From NCBI RefSeq assembly GCF_963921235.1, contig NC_086097.1, forward strand, positions 194,310,001-194,374,000: a DNA stretch of 64,000 bases, given 5' to 3'. Position 1 is the stretch's first letter. Each line of letters opens with the position of its first letter. This document shows positions 1 to 13,838 of this stretch, one piece after another. A program made the translations under genes and the position numbers. Origin of the DNA: Mobula hypostoma (Eukaryota). The notes below the pieces were generated by a model, which saw only the letters and a program-made list of their open reading frames with translations, had not been told where the DNA came from and did not search any database.

Positions 1-1870
1 GCATACCTCGACACGGTTTTATCCCCCCTTGTTCAATCCCTTCCTACCTATGTTCGTGACACTTCTCACGCTCTTAAACTTTTCGATGATTTTAAGTTTC
101 CTGGCCCCCACCGCTTTATTTTCACCATGGATGTCCAGTCCCTATATACTTCCATCCCCCATCAGGAAGATCTCAAAGCTCTCCGCTTCTTTTTGGATTT
201 CAGACCTAATCAGTTCCCCTCTACCACCACTCTCCTCCGTCTAGCAGAATTAGTCCTTACTCTTATAATTTCTCCTGTGGCTCCTCCCACTTCCTCCAAA
301 CTAAAGGTGTAGCTATGGGCACCCGCATGGGTCCTAGCTATGCCTGCCTTTTTGTTGGCTTTGTGGAACAATCTATGTTCCGTGCCTATTCTGGTATCTG
401 TCCCCCACTTTTCCTTCGCTACATCGACGACTGCATTGGCGCTGCTTCCTGCACGTATGCTAAGCTCATTGATTTTATTAACTTTGCCTCCAACTTTCAC
501 CCTGCCCTCAAGTTTACCTGGTCCATTTCCAACACCTCCCTCCCCTTTCTAGATCTTTCTGTCTCTGTCTCTGGAGACAGCTTATCCACTGATGTTTACT
601 ATAAGCCTACTGACTCTCACTGCTGTCTGGACTATTCCTCTTCTCACCCTGTCTCTTGCAAAAACGCCATCCCTTTCTCGCAATTCCTCCGTCTCCGCCT
701 CATCTGCTCTCAGGATGAGGCTTTTCATTCCAGGACGAGGGAGATGTCCTCCTTTTTTAAAGAAAGGGGCTTCCCTTCCTCCACTATCAACTCTGCTCTC
801 AAACGCATCTCCCTCATTTCACGTACATCTGCTCTCACTCCATCCTTCTCCACAAGGAATAGGGTTCCCCTGGTCCTCACCTACCACCCCACCAGCCTCC
901 GGGTCCAACATATTATTCTCCGTAACTTCCGCCACCTCCAATGGGATCCCACCACTAAGCGTATCTTTCCCTCCCCCACCTCTCTGCTTTCCGCAGGGTT
1001 CGCTCCCTACTCGACTCCCTTGTCCATTCGTTCCCCCCCATCCCTCCCCACTGATCTCCCTCCTGGCACTTATTCTTGTAAGCAGAACAAGTGCTACACA
1101 TGCCCTTACACTTCCTCCCTTACCACCATTCAGGGCCCCAAACAGTCCTTCCAGGTGAGGCGACACTTCACCTGTAGTCTGCTGGGGTGATATACGGCGT
1201 CCAGTGCTCCCGATGTGGCCTTCTATATATTGGCGAGACCCGAGCAGACTGGGAGACCGCTTTGCTGAACACCTACGCTCTGTCCGCCAGAGAAAGCAGG
1301 ATCTCCCAGTGGCCACACATTTTAATTCCACATCCCATTCCCATTCTGACATGTCTATCCACGGCCTCCGCTACTGTAAAGATGAAGCCACACTCAGGTT
1401 GGAGGAACAACACCTTATATTCCGTCTGGGTACCCTCCAACCTGATGGCATGAACATCGACTTCTCTAACTTCCGTTAATGCCCCACCTCCCCCTCATAC
1501 CCCATCTGTTATTTATTTTTATACACACATTCTTTCTCTCACTCTCCTTTTCCTCCCTCTGTCCCTCTGACTATACCCCTTGCCCATCTCTGGGTTCCCC
1601 TGCCCCTTGTCTTTCTTCCCGGACCTCCTGTCCCATGATCCTCTCGTATCCCCTTTGCCAATCACCTGTCCAGCTCTTGGCTCCATCCCTCCCCCTCCTG
1701 TCTTCTCCTATCATTTTGGATCTCCCCCTCCCCCTCCCACTTTCAAATCTCTTACTAACTCTTCCTTTAGTTAGTCCTGACGAAGGGTCTCGGCCTGAAA
1801 CGTCGACTGTACCTCTTCCTAGAGATGCTGCCTGGCCTGCTACGTTCGACAGCAACTTTGATGTGTGTTG
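1..1870 (+). mobile_element. Penelope-like retroelement (RT + GIY-YIG endonuclease, frameshifted) with 3' terminal repeat
   Basis: MGTRMGPSYACLF and RYIDD (RT motifs), YIGET and RFAEH...VATHFN...EQHLI (GIY-YIG). Hammerhead-containing tail. Confidence 0.93.
1773..1808 (+). ncRNA. Minimal type I hammerhead ribozyme, core intact
   Basis: AGTC-CTGACGA-AGGGTCTCGGCCT-GAAA-CG-TC-GACT. Stem I is AGTC/GACT, stem III is the palindrome ACGT, predicted cleavage after C1804. Confidence 0.8.
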
Positions 1871-2262
1871 GATGAACAAGGACACCTAGATCTCTTCGTA
1901 CTTCCCCTTTTCCTAACTTGACACCATTCAAATAGTAATCTGCCTTCCTGTTCTTGCCACCAAAGTGGATAACCTCACATTTATCCACATTAAACTGCAT
2001 CTACCATGCATCTGCCCACTCACTCAGCCTGTCCCAAGTCATCCTGCATTATTTCAACATCCTCCGCACATTTCACACTGCCACCCAGCTTTTGTGTCAT
2101 CTGCAAATTTGCTAATGTTACTTTTAATCCCTTCACCTAAATCATTAATGTATATTGTAAATAGCTGCGGTCCCAGCACCGAGTACTTGCGGTACCCCAC
2201 TAGTCACCACCTGCCATTCTGAAAGGGACCCGTTAATCCCTACTTTTTGTTTCCTGTCTCCT
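1871..2262 (-). mobile_element. CR1 LINE RT fragment, interrupted by the PLE
   Basis: MQFNVDKCEVIHFG and VTSGVPQ motifs. Confidence 0.85.
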
Positions 2263-2439
2263 GGGAATTTCACGCATAAGTCTCTAGAGTTTACAGAAAA
2301 TGGTCCAAAAAACAAAATACACCCAGTAAGCATTAGTTCTGTGGGTAAAAACACCTGGTTAATGAAGAGATCAGGAGAAAGGCCAGACTGGTTCAAGTTG
2401 ACAGGAAAGTAGCAGTAACTCAGATAACCACTTATTATT

Positions 2440-3672
2440 GGCCTACCATCCTAACAGGTCAAAGGCTGATGCCATTTAATTGGCTCTTCACTCAACCCTG
2501 GAACATCCGGACAGCAACGATGCATGCATCAGGAGGCTCTTCATTTCTTCACCATTCTGACTCATTGACTACAGCTCAGCAATCAATATTATCATCCCCT
2601 CAAAACTAATCAATAAGCTATGTATATAGGCCTCAACCCTCGTGCATCTGAATCTTCAATTACCTCACTTGCACATCCCAGTCAGTTTAGACTGGCAAAA
2701 ACATCTCCTCCACAATCTCCATCAGCACAGGTGCACCACGTGGCTGGGCACTTAACCCCTGCACTACTCGCTTTATAACAACAAGGCTAAGCACAGCTTT
2801 AATGCCATATTTAAGTTTGCTGACAATACTACCGCTGTAGGCCAAATTAAAGGTGGTGACGCATCAGCATATAGGAGGGAGATTGAGAATCTGGCTGACT
2901 GATGCTACATCAACAGCCTCTCACTCAATGTCAGCAAGCTGATTATTAACTTCAGGAAACTGGAGTCCTCATCAGGAGATCAGAGTGGAAAGGATTAGCA
3001 ACTACGCTTTTTTGGTGTTAGTATGCCAGAGGATCTCCCCTGGATCCAGCACAAAAGTGCCATCACGAATAAATCATGGAAATACCTCTACTTTCTGAGA
3101 AGTTTGCAAAGATTCCACATGTCATCTAAAACTCTGACAAATTTCCATAGATACATGGCAGAGAATAAGTATATTGACAGGTTGCTTCCTGGTATGGAAA
3201 CACCAATACCCTTCCTTGAATGGAAAATGCTACAAACAGTAGTGGATACAGCCGAGTTCATTACGGTAAAGCCCTCTCCACCACTGAGCACATCTGCATG
3301 GAACACTGTTGCAGGAAAGCAGCATTTGTCAAGGACCCCACCATCGAAGCCCTATGCTCTCTTCTCATTGGACCCACCAGGAAGCTGGTATAGAAGTCTC
3401 ACAACCAACAACACCAGGTTCAGGAACATCTATTACCCCTCAACCACAATCTTAAACCAGAGGGGATCATTTCACCCAACTTCACTTGCTGCATCACTGA
3501 ACTGTTTCCACAACCAATGGACTCACTTTCAAGCACTGTCCTATTGGGTTAGGGCTTTCATTGATTCTATTGTGTTTCTTGTATTTATTGTGAAGGTCCA
3601 CAAGAAAATGAATCTCAGTGTTGAATAGGGTGACATATATGTAATTGGATAGTAAATTTACTTTGAATTTTG
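2440..3672 (+). mobile_element. Decayed Rex1/Babar-like (L2-group) non-LTR element, 3' part
   Basis: DYSSA/KFADDT-like remnants, LYFLRSL, and a 3' tail ending in ...taaatttactttgaa. Confidence 0.7.
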
Positions 3673-3779
3673 CTATTACTGTGGTGTGCAGAAGTTGAAG
3701 ACCACGAACATACACTCAGTGGCCACTTTATTAGATACAGAAGGTACCTAGCAAATTGGCCTCAGAATATATAATGAAA

Positions 3780-5270
3780 CTAAACAACAGGGTGACCCGT
3801 TGGGGCACCCTTTGAGAAAAGGGTAGTGCAGTCTGATGTGACCAGAGAACATTAAATTTTCCTGAATGCTATTGCTATCTCTTTGATTTGGAAATTGAAG
3901 AAGAAAAACTCAGCTTATTAAAGAAGAAAGACGCATAGCAAGACAAATATGTGACCAGAATGAACATTAAATATCCACGAAGTAAATTTGAAGGAATTGG
4001 GCTTGCTGGGTCGGGTCTGGAATTAAATGCCTGATGTAATGATGGATTTAGCCTTGAATAATCACAGAAGGATTCCATCGATTCCTAGTTGGAATGACTT
4101 CTTTAGCACCAAAGGATGTCATTTGGAAGAGGCAACTGTATTGTCTGATGTTCTTCCTGAACTCATTTGCAATAGGTTCATCATTGCTGTACAAATTGAG
4201 GAGTTCATTAGGTAGAGGCTGCAAATTGCCTAACCCGACCTTTCCCTTCACGCAGCAGAAATGTGCGGTTTCTCCAGTGAATAGGAAGGCACGACATTTT
4301 GTCATCGAACCAACATCAGCAGAAATGTGACGGCACGTGAGTCATGCATTTTGCTTTGCTCTTTCTCTGTCGAGGTATTGTTGTCGAAAGCGGCCACGGT
4401 CGTCTTCAGCAACTCTCGCAATAATTACTTTGTGCCGCATATTCTCGAGTTGATCTTTCCTTTTCTCCTCTGTCTCTTCCTCTCTCCTCCTTCTCTGCCT
4501 GTTATTGTCATTCCGGAGTCGCACTGCCCTTTCATCCTTCATCCCTTCATCTCTTCTACCATTTGTTCTTTCTCTCTGATCCTGGAGTCATGCGGTCCTG
4601 GCCTGATCGGATTCTTGTTCTCTCCTCCATCTGTGCCTGTTGTTGTCATTTTGGAGACGTGCATGCCTGTCCTCCTCCGTCTCGTCTTCTCTCATCTTTC
4701 TTGTCCTGACTCTTTGATCCTGGAGTTGTGCGGCCCTGGCCTCATCTGATTGTTGTTCTCTCCCTCTTCTTGCCGCTTCCCGACCACCTTTGGCGTCATC
4801 TCTTGACCATAATGTTGCCCTTCTCTTTCCACGCAGCATAATTCGGCTATCCATATATTTTTACCCTAATGCTTGATAGAAGATAGGAAGCAGTAACACC
4901 AAAGCCTCCAAACTGCTGAGGCTGGCCGTGCGCATGCATTGGGCTGTGGCGTCGCGGTCTCCATGGAAGGTGGAAGCGGCTCTGTGAGCATCGTGAGGCG
5001 CTGCTGAGGCTGGCCGTGCGCATGCGTCGGGCGGTGGCGTCCCAATTTCCATGATGGCCGATTGGGTCTCAGGTGAAAGGCAACCTGTTAATTTTTGGCG
5101 AATGAGCAATTTTATACGAATATATAACCCCGAACTTTGCCTGCATTCTGTAAGTTAACACATTTTAATTCGATTTAACCAAAAAAAAAGTGCTGGTGTA
5201 TTGCACCGTTTGCGCTAATTGGAGGTCACAAACAGACAGACAGAGCATGAGAGTTTTAGTAGTACATAGA
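3780..5270 (-). mobile_element. Internally deleted Helitron (about 1.5 kb)
   Basis: 5' end A|TCTATGTACTACTAAAAC. 3' hairpin AGGGTG-CCCCAACGGGT-CACCCT followed by TTAG|T. RepHel N-terminal motif CC..GKV...FRKNIRQY..FQMTSFG and E/R-rich repeats. Confidence 0.8.
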
Positions 5271-5289
5271 TTGTGTTTTTTGCTGTGTG

Positions 5290-8200
5290 TATGTTTTTAA
5301 CTCAGAAGGCTGAAAAGCAGGACTTCCAGGGTGGTTATCTCCAGTTCGCTTCCAGTTCCTCGTGCTGGAGTGGGCAAGAACAGGGCAAGAATGGATCTGA
5401 ATGTGTGGCTGAGGAAGTGGTGCAGGAAGCAAGAATTTATATTCTTGGACCACTGGGGTATGTTTCGGGGTAAGGCTGAATTGTACAAAAGGGACAGGTT
5501 GCACCTTAATAAGCAGGGCACCAGCATTCTGGCAGGCAGGTTTGCCTCTGCAACACGGGTGTGTTTAAACTAAGTTGTGGGGGGGGAGGGGACCAACTGG
5601 AAATATAAGGATGGAGATAAAGGGAAAGTGAGACTAAGAAAAGTTAAGAAAGACAGTAGAATCAACAGAGCAGAAAGCTCAAGAAGGGATCGTACAGTAT
5701 GGCCAAGTGAAATAGGAATTGATATGGGAACTGAGGGGAGTAATGAATTAAAAATATTATATATGAATGCACATAGTATAAGAAATAAAGTAGAAGAGCT
5801 TGAGGCACAGTTGGAAATTGGTAAGTATGATGTTGTGGAAATAACAAAGACATGGCTTCAAGTGGACAGAGCCTGGGAAATGAATATTCAAGAGTATACG
5901 TCCTATCGAAAGGACAGACTGATGGGCAGAGGGGGTGGGGTGGCTCTGTTGGTGAGGAATGATACTCAGTCCCTTGCAAGGGGGGACACAGAATCAGGAG
6001 ACGTAGAGTCAGTATGGATAGAACTGAGAAATTCTAAAGGTAGAAAGACCCAAATGGGAGTTATCTACAGGCCCCCAAACAGTAGTCTGGATGTAGGGTG
6101 TAAGTTGAATCAAGAGTTAAAATTGGCATGTCGCAAAGGTAATGCTACAGTTGTTATGGGGGATTTCAACATGCAGGTAGACTGGAGGAATCAGGTTGGT
6201 ACTGGACCCCAAGAAAGGGAGTTTGTGGAGTCCCTCTGAAATGGATTCTTAGAACAGCTTGTACTGGAGCCTACCAGAGAGAACGCAATTCTAGATTTAG
6301 TGTTGTGCAATGAACTGGATTTGATCAGGGACCTCGAGGTAAAGGAGCCATTAGGAGGTAGTGACCATAATATGATAAGTTTTAATCTACAATTTGAGAG
6401 GGAGAAGGGAAACTTGGAAGTGTCAGTATTACAGTTGAACAAAGGGAACTATGATGCTATGAGGGAGGAGCTGGCCAAAGTTCAATGGAACAATACCCTA
6501 GCAGGGATGACAGTGTAACAGCAATGGTAAGTGTTTCTGGGAATAATGTGGAAGGTGTAGGATCAGTTCATTCCAAAGAGGAAGAAAGATCCTAAGGGGA
6601 GAAAGGGGAGGCCGTGGCTGACAAGGAAAGTAATGGACAGTATAAAAATAAAAGAGAAGTAGTATAACATAGCAAAGACCAGTGGGAAGCAGGAGGATTG
6701 GGAAACTTTTAAAGAGCAACAGAAGGTAACTAAAAAAGGCAATACGTGGAGGAAAAAATGACGTACGAAGGTAAACTAGCCAAGAATATAAAGGAGGATA
6801 GTAAAAGCTTCTTTAGGTACGTGAAAAGGAAACAAATAGTTAACACCAAAATTGGGCCCTTGAAGACAGAAACAGGTGAATTTATTATGGGGAACAAGGA
6901 AATAGCAGACGAGTTGAACAGGTACTTTGGAACTCTCTTCACTAGGGAAGACACAATCTCCCAGATATAATAGTGCCCAAAGGATCTAGGGTAATGGATG
7001 AACTGAAGGAAATTTATATTAGGCAGGAAATGGTGTTGGATAGACAGTTGGGTCAGAAGGCTGGTAAGTCCCTGGGACCTGATGGTCTGCATCCCAGGGT
7101 ACTTAAGGAGGTGGCTTTAGAAATCGTGGACGCATTGGTAATCATTTTCCAATGTTCTATAGATTCAGGATCAGTTTCTGTGGATTGGAGGGTGGCTAAT
7201 GTTGTCCCTCTCTTCAAGAAGGGAGGAAGAGAGAAAACAGGGAATTATAGACCGGTTAGCCTGACGTCGGTGGTGGGAAAGATGCTGGAGTCAATTATAA
7301 AAGATGAAATTACGACATAGCTGGATAGTAGTAACAGGATTGGTCCGAATCAGCATGGATTTACGAAGGGGAAATCGTGCTTGACTAACCTTCTGGAATT
7401 TTTTGAGGATGTAACTATGAAAATGGACAAGGGATAGCCAGTGGATGTAGTGTACCTGGACTTTCAGAAAGCCTTTGATAAAGTCCCACATAGGAGATTA
7501 GTGGGCAAAATTAGGGCACATGGTATTGGGGGCAGAGTACTGACATGGATTGAAAATTGGCTGGCTGACAGAAAACAAAGAATAGCGATTAACGGGTCCC
7601 TTTAGGAATGGCAGGCGGTGACCAGTGGGGTACCGCAGGGTTCAGTGTCGGGACTGCAGCTGTTTACAATATATGTTAATGACTTAGATGAGGGAATTAA
7701 AAGTAACATTAGCAAATTTGCCGATGACACATAGCTGGGTAGCAGTGAGAAATGTGAGGAGGATGTTATGAGAATGCAGGGTGACTTGGACAGGCTGGGT
7801 GAGTGGGCAGATGCATGGCAGATGTAGTTTAATGTGGATAAATGTGAGGTTATCCACTTTGGTGGTAAGAACAGGAAGGCAGATTATTATCTATTATCAT
7901 CAGATTGTTTTACTATTTATTGTTATGTTTATTATTTAGTGTTGCATTTGTTATGTTATGATTGCACTGCCCCTGAGAAGCGCTGTCTCATTCTGCCCTG
8001 CAAAGCTGATGTATGGTTAGAATGACAATAAAGTTTTTTGAATCTTGAATCTAAATGGAGTTAAGTTAGGAAAAGGGGAAGTACAACGAGATCTAGGTGT
8101 TCTTGTACATCAGTCACTGAAAGCAAGCATGCAAGTACAGCAGGCAGTGAAGAAAGTTAATGACATGCTGGCCTTCATAACAAGGGGAATTGAGTATAAG

Positions 8201-8800
8201 AGCAAAGAGGTCCTTCTGCAGCTGTACAGGGCCCTGGTGAGATCACACCTGGAGTACTGTGTGCAGTTTTGGTCTCCAAATTTGAGGAAGGACATTCTTG
8301 CTATTGAGGGAGTGCAGCGGAGGTTCACAAGGTTAATTCCCGGGATGGCGGGACTTTCATATGTCGAAAGATTGGAGCGACTGGGCTTGTATACTCTGGA
8401 ATTTAGAAGGTCGAGAGGGGATCTTACTGAAACATATAAGATTATTAAGGGATTGGACACGCTGGAGGCAGGAAGCATGCTCCCGCTGATGGGCGAGTCC
8501 AGAACCAGAGGCCATAGTTTAAGAATAAGGGGTAGGCCATTTAGAACAGAGTTGAGGAAAAACTTTTTCACCCAGAGAGTGGTGGATATACGGAATACGC
8601 TGCCCCAGAAGGCTGTGGAGGCCAAGTCTCTGAATGCTTTCAAGAAAGAGATGGATAGAGCTCCTAAAGATAGCGGAATCAAAGGTTATGGGGATAAGCA
8701 GGAACTGGATACTGATTGTGGATGATCAGCCATGATCACATTGAATGACAGTGCTGGCTCGAAGGGCCGAATGGCCTACTCCTGCACCTATTGTCTATTA
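5290..8800 (+). mobile_element. Nearly full-length CR1 LINE (ORF1 esterase C-terminus, ORF2 APE+RT, with stops)
   Basis: DRLHLNKQG, YMNAHSI, YRPPN, GDFN, SDHN and NYRPVSLTS motifs. 3' tail ggctcgaagggccgaatggcctactcctgc. Small insertion at about 7891-8050. Confidence 0.92.
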
Positions 8801-11793
8801 ACCATTCTGTTATATACAGAGTTTATGGGTATTGGCTTAATTTAATAAATTAATACATGTCCAAACTCAGATGAATGCAAGACTTGGACAGTAATAGTGT
8901 TCACATGGAATTGCTACTACTCCATTCAATGTGTTATTATGCACACCTTATCTTTCATCTTTGTAAAATTTAAACCCAAATCAATTTCATGAAAAACTTG
9001 CCTCAGCATCAAAAAATACTTCATTGTCTAGTACTCTGCAGTTGACTGGAGAGTTGACTCTACACTGCTGGGTATCCTGTTGCAGCTTGCTTGGCATCTT
9101 AAATTGAGAAATATTGATGTTGATACTCAAGGATCCTCAACACAAAGAACAAAAAATTACTTGTATTTTAATTTTCTACACTGTTAATGAATTATTCAAC
9201 CCATAGTGTCCATAGTGGATTGCACATCCTATAGACGGTTTGCACATCATCTCAGAAGGTGGAGATCCAAAGCTTCCCATCTCAGAATAACTTCTGTAAT
9301 GCCTGCCAAATTAATGCTTTTCAACATTCTTTTGCCCTCATACTTACAAACCCTTCCATAGTGACACCAATGTAATACCAGGGAAGTGGGAACTCAGGAA
9401 TTATTTGGTCAGAGAATTATAAAATATCACTGAACCGCAATATAGGATGCGAAAATATAAGAAATTAAGATGGCCCAAGTGACAAAACAGTTCAAATATT
9501 CAGGTTTACCAGTTAGAAATAGTATCCCATGAAGCCCCTCAAGCCTGATCAGCCACCAAGATAATGGCTTATCTAACCTTTGTCCTCATTCCATAACATG
9601 GAACTTCACTTGTCAAAAGCCCTTAACCTTCAAAAATCCCCAATAACACAGAACTAACATTCTCTGGGATTCGGCATTCCAGCAGTCCCGTTAATCACTC
9701 CAATGAATAAAAACCTTGAGTTCTGTCTATGACCCATTACCTTGACTTCATGCTTCCGAGTTCGACCTATGATTACCAAGGAAAATATCTTCTGGGCATC
9801 TACCCTGCCAAGCCCAATCCGAATTGCAGGCTTCAGTGAGATTCTCCCAAAACTCCAAAGAAAAAGCTAATTCTATGCAGTGGATCAGGCCTCTCAGTCC
9901 CTTCAACCTACGATATCATTTATGAAAGCCGAATCTGAATACACCCTCAACACCATAGTCCCTTACTCTCCACACACTTTTCACCGCCTTGCTTTCCAAT
10001 ATCTAAATATTTAACTCTGCCTTAGTAGTCAAAAATTAATTCCATCACTAAGGCAAAACGCTCTGAAGATTCAGGATCTTATTTGACTTGTTTTGAATTC
10101 CAAGATATTCGAAAGCCTAGCTTGTCTGACCTTTAACTGCAAGGTAACCGGGCTCTTTTATGTATCAGATTCATACTTCCTTATATCATAGGAAGCTATT
10201 TTAACTCAAGTCCACACTAGCTATTGGAACAATTCAATTCCTTTAATTTCTCAAGTAACCCATTTAGTGAACAATATTCCAGATGTTTCACCAATGTAAC
10301 TAATACAAAACATCCCCACATTTGTATCCAATTACCCCTGTAGTATACTATAACTTGTTATCTTTCATAATTCCCTGCTGCAGCAGTCTTTTGCCCTTCA
10401 TGGATCAGGGCATGCCAATTCCTGCGCACATCTCAAAACTCTGTAATAACCTACCATTGAAATAAAATGCATCTTTATATTTTTTCTGTTAAAATAGATC
10501 ATTTCACATTTTCTTCATTTTTATTTGCAAGATCTTTGCCCACTCACGTCACCTACCAATATCCTTCTGCAGTTTCTCATGCCCTCTTCGTAGCTCGTTT
10601 TTCCATCTGTTTTTTTGTGCCATTAGCAAATTTAGCAACCATATCTTCATTCCCTGCTTCTAAGTCACTCACAAAATTTGAGGCTGCAGCACCCATCCCA
10701 TGGCACACTATTCAGTACATCCTCCAACCAGAAATATATCCATTCATGTTTCTGTTAGCAAGACAATCGCCTAATCCACCCAACATTACCTTCTACATCA
10801 AGAGTTTTTAATGTTTTACAATAATTCTTGAGTAACTACCTTATCAAACATTTTTTGGAAATCCTTGTATATCATAGGCTCCCATTATCCACAAAACATC
10901 ACATTATGCCCTGCTATCAAGGTAGTTAATATCGTCTAATATTCTCACTATTACTTACTATAAGCCATCCATAAATTCATGTTACCCACACCCCTCTTTT
11001 TTTGCATAAAGGAATTACGTTTTGAGATCTTCCCATTTAATGGAGCTTTCTTTATCAAGGGAATTTTGGAAAATTAAAACAATCTAACTACCTCATTACA
11101 CTTCTGATTTCCTAAGATAATGTAGCTCCAACAGTTTGCTCGGTATCACTTCCCTGGTGTTTGTAATGTACACTTTCTCTGCGATTTCCTTAAATTCCAT
11201 TTTGGTGTCCCCTCCCTTTGAATTTTTCTCAGTTACAATGCACACATTTTCTATAGATGCTGCTGACCTGCTGAGTTCCAACAGCATTCTGAGTGCATTA
11301 CTCTGGATTTCCAGCATCTGCAGAATCTGTTTTTCTGTATTCTGAAATTCTCTTGGATGTCTTCTAGCACATCTCAGATTACCAAAAATAGCTGTCTCCA
11401 AACATAATTTAATATTTTAACATTGAAATAATACTGATTATGCATTCTCCCAAGAGGATAACTACATATTTCTCATCATCCACTTCCCCCTCCAAATCAC
11501 TAAATGTCATATCCCTCCACTTGAGCATTTTTCATGACCATCTGTAATCTACTATATCACAAGCTATAATCTACTTGTTTGGCCCAAATCTTTAATTTTC
11601 TGACTAGAAAAAGAAATTGACATATGTCTGTATGATAATAAGTTATCTTGCCCATGCAACTTGTCAAAATCTGAGTCTGATGGGTTGGGAAAAAAAACAC
11701 ACTGCACACAATTTAACCAAAAGTAATACTATTTAGTACAAATAAAAGCATACTTATCCATCTCTAACCAAATAAAGAAATTTGGTTTATTAC

Positions 11794-11977
11794 CTGGCCA
11801 TTCACAACACGTGTGAAAAGTGTGTTCTTGTCCTTCAACTTCAATTCCAAATCCATAAACGTCAACTTGTTGGTGCTGACCTGAAATTTATCATTGGTGA
11901 AAAGCACACCAGAGATCCTGTTGAAACATTCCAGTGCCACAAGTCCTCTTTTCTTGGGGGGTGCACAAAACTCAAAA
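11794..11977 (-). CDS. SMCHD1: SMCHD1 exon 12 (184 nt, [12 protein letters not shown]...[36 protein letters not shown]); gene continues beyond the left edge
   Basis: Match to human. Boundaries tttttag| and CAG|GTAATA. No exon 13 sequence recognised in 1-11793. Confidence 0.96.
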
Positions 11978-13720
11978 CTAAAAAGCAAAGATTATTGACT
12001 TGAATTCTTTTAGAGTCAGAGTGTACCATAGCACAGAAACAGGTCCTTCAGCCAATCTAGTCCATGCTGACATGTTTCTCTATTGCACTTCTACTTTATT
12101 GTATTTTATTTTCCTATAAGTGCCTAAAAGGAACTAAATTTCAAGATACTATATAGATAATTTGACAATAATTTGACTTTTCTGCCTAATCCTATCTTCC
12201 CACACCCAGACCCTATTATTCTATACATCTCTTCTCCATGTGCCGATCCAAATTTCTCTTGTTACAATGGAACCCACATCCATTACCTCCGTCGGCACCT
12301 CATTCCAAACTCTCACCATCTTCTAAGTGAAGAAGTTCCCCTTAAATATTTCACTTTTCACCCGAAAAATATGACCTCAAGTTGGAGTCTCACTCAACCT
12401 TGGGAAAAAGCCAGCATGAATTTACTCTTATACTTACACATATGGATAAATACCAGCTGCTAGGACTCAACACTATGCTCCCCTAACTTGATCCAGATTT
12501 GACTTGGCACTGATACTTAAGTCTAAAGTCTGGTTTTAAAATTTGAGGGTTAAAAAGAGAGCAGAAAAGCCTGATGACAGATTTTGCCCCATTTAAACAA
12601 CTTGAAAACTTCATTACAAAATGAAGATAAAACATTCAGCAAATGTGCCCCAGCGCAAGGTTGAGGTTAAGGTTTACACAGATATACATTATGCATTTCT
12701 TATACCCTAAGTTATACATTTCTTCTGGTAACTGATTCATCAACTTCAAACAGCATATGTACCCATAGAACATGTAAATTATTCAACGCCAATAAGACAG
12801 TTAAACATGAAGTCACAAAAACATATTGACTTTACCCAATTACTTGAATTCTCTAAAGTACCCTACGATCAGTATGTTAATTATCTTCTAACAGCTTCAC
12901 AATTACAGATGGTATTAGCCTGCTTTCCACCTCCTTTTATGTGTAAAGGTGCTACATTTGCTATCTTCCCATCTAATGGAGCCGACCAAATGCAGGGAAG
13001 TTTGGAAAGTGGCCAAATACAAATATGTTATCATCCGAGTGATGGATTAAAATAATCTAAAGTAATTTATCTTAGATATCCTATCCTACGTGTTAAAAAA
13101 GTTGCAATTCTGTATGAGTGGTAGGATTGAAAATTAAGATCAAACTATCCCATACAGGTTATAACAGTACCTAAAGAGTGGCTAGCTAGTTCCAAAAGCA
13201 AGGAAGTAGAATCCAGTTACATTATGGATATCAATAATATGAGCCTTCAAAATCCAAGACAGGACATAAATACCTCGTCTTAAAAGAGTTACAACTATCA
13301 CACACAGTATTACTGTAGTTTATCCAATGAACAACTAGGTAATAATTAAGCCACACAGTTTTGGTCATGTGTAAATAGACTGGACAGTTGATTATTACAA
13401 TCTGAATGCCTTGACAGCAGAATGGGACAAATATTATTTGGTTCTTGATCACCATTCAGTAACCTTCTAGCTGAATGCAACAAAATAGTACAACACAGTG
13501 TAACAAAAATAACTGGCATTAACAGAGAATCTAATAATTAAACCATCTCAAATCAAGATGAAATAAGCTACAGTACCATGAAATAGTCTAGGGCTAGGGC
13601 TCTAAGTTATAAAAAGCATTAGTACTTCTAAAGTCATAGCTTAGCAAAATCATCATCTCTGAAAAGCAACTGTTGAAAAATACCAGCAAAACTGAACCCC
13701 AATAGTATGCTTATCCTTAC

Positions 13721-13838
13721 TCTTCCACAGTAGTGTATGGTATTAATCTTCCATTCCAAAAGCATTCAAATATTGGCCTTTTTCCTCTGGCCCCTTTATC
13801 AACAGAATAGCAGTCTTCCTCATCATCATCAGCAGCAT
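13721..13838 (-). CDS. SMCHD1: SMCHD1 exon 11 (118 nt, [38 protein letters not shown])
   Basis: [20 protein letters not shown] is identical to human. Boundaries ttgtag| and GA|GTAAGG. Confidence 0.96.

Noticed and set aside
1..11793. SMCHD1 exon 13 and later exons
   Set aside because: No EQRMKIDREF/CHEKYDKQ/EWDG-like coding sequence was found by eye, so they probably lie left of the window.
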